Source: Macrostomum lignano (taxonomy: Eukaryota). Taken from it: DNA of 44,983 nucleotides. Shown here piece after piece: positions 44,916 to 44,983 of this stretch. The stretch is taken from positions 1 to 44,983 of the forward strand of contig NIVC01004460.1 in NCBI GenBank assembly GCA_002269645.1, written 5' to 3'. Position 1 is the first letter of the stretch. Each line of letters begins with the position of its first letter. Under the pieces are notes generated by a model, which saw only the letters and a list, made by a program, of their open reading frames with translations, was not told the DNA's origin and made no database searches. A program made the position numbers and the translations under genes.

Positions 44916-44983
44916 CACTAGCTGAGACATCGATTTTGCACTTGATGAGTAAAGGATTATTGCACTAGATGCTAAAATGATTT

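Overview
Eukaryotic (invertebrate) genomic DNA with GC-rich exons, GT-AG introns, AT-rich spacers and many micro/minisatellites. The style resembles a free-living flatworm such as Macrostomum, but that is inference only. Host genes: the 5' part of a Cys-loop ligand-gated ion channel (-); a probable terminal exon of a type I membrane protein (-); a 2-TM gene interrupted in its coding sequence by a 5'-truncated LINE with a 7-bp TSD (-); a 6-exon signal peptide/EGF/TSP1 surface protein (+); a single-domain bacterial-type thermonuclease (SNase fold) carrying a spliceosomal intron (-); a melatonin-receptor-like GPCR with one frameshift (-); and a frameshifted fibrinogen-related-domain remnant (+). 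Mobile elements: a near-intact IS630/Tc1/mariner transposon with 327-bp TIRs and DD32E spacing, a THAP-bearing non-autonomous TIR element, a decayed near-full-length R1/LOA-type LINE with RNase H, MITE-like elements and an enriched CCATAGAC motif family. The standout observation is the intron-containing thermonuclease with all catalytic residues intact, a candidate domesticated horizontal gene transfer. Several genes carry isolated 1-bp frameshifts that may be long-read assembly errors. All assignments come from manual motif reading; no database searches were run.
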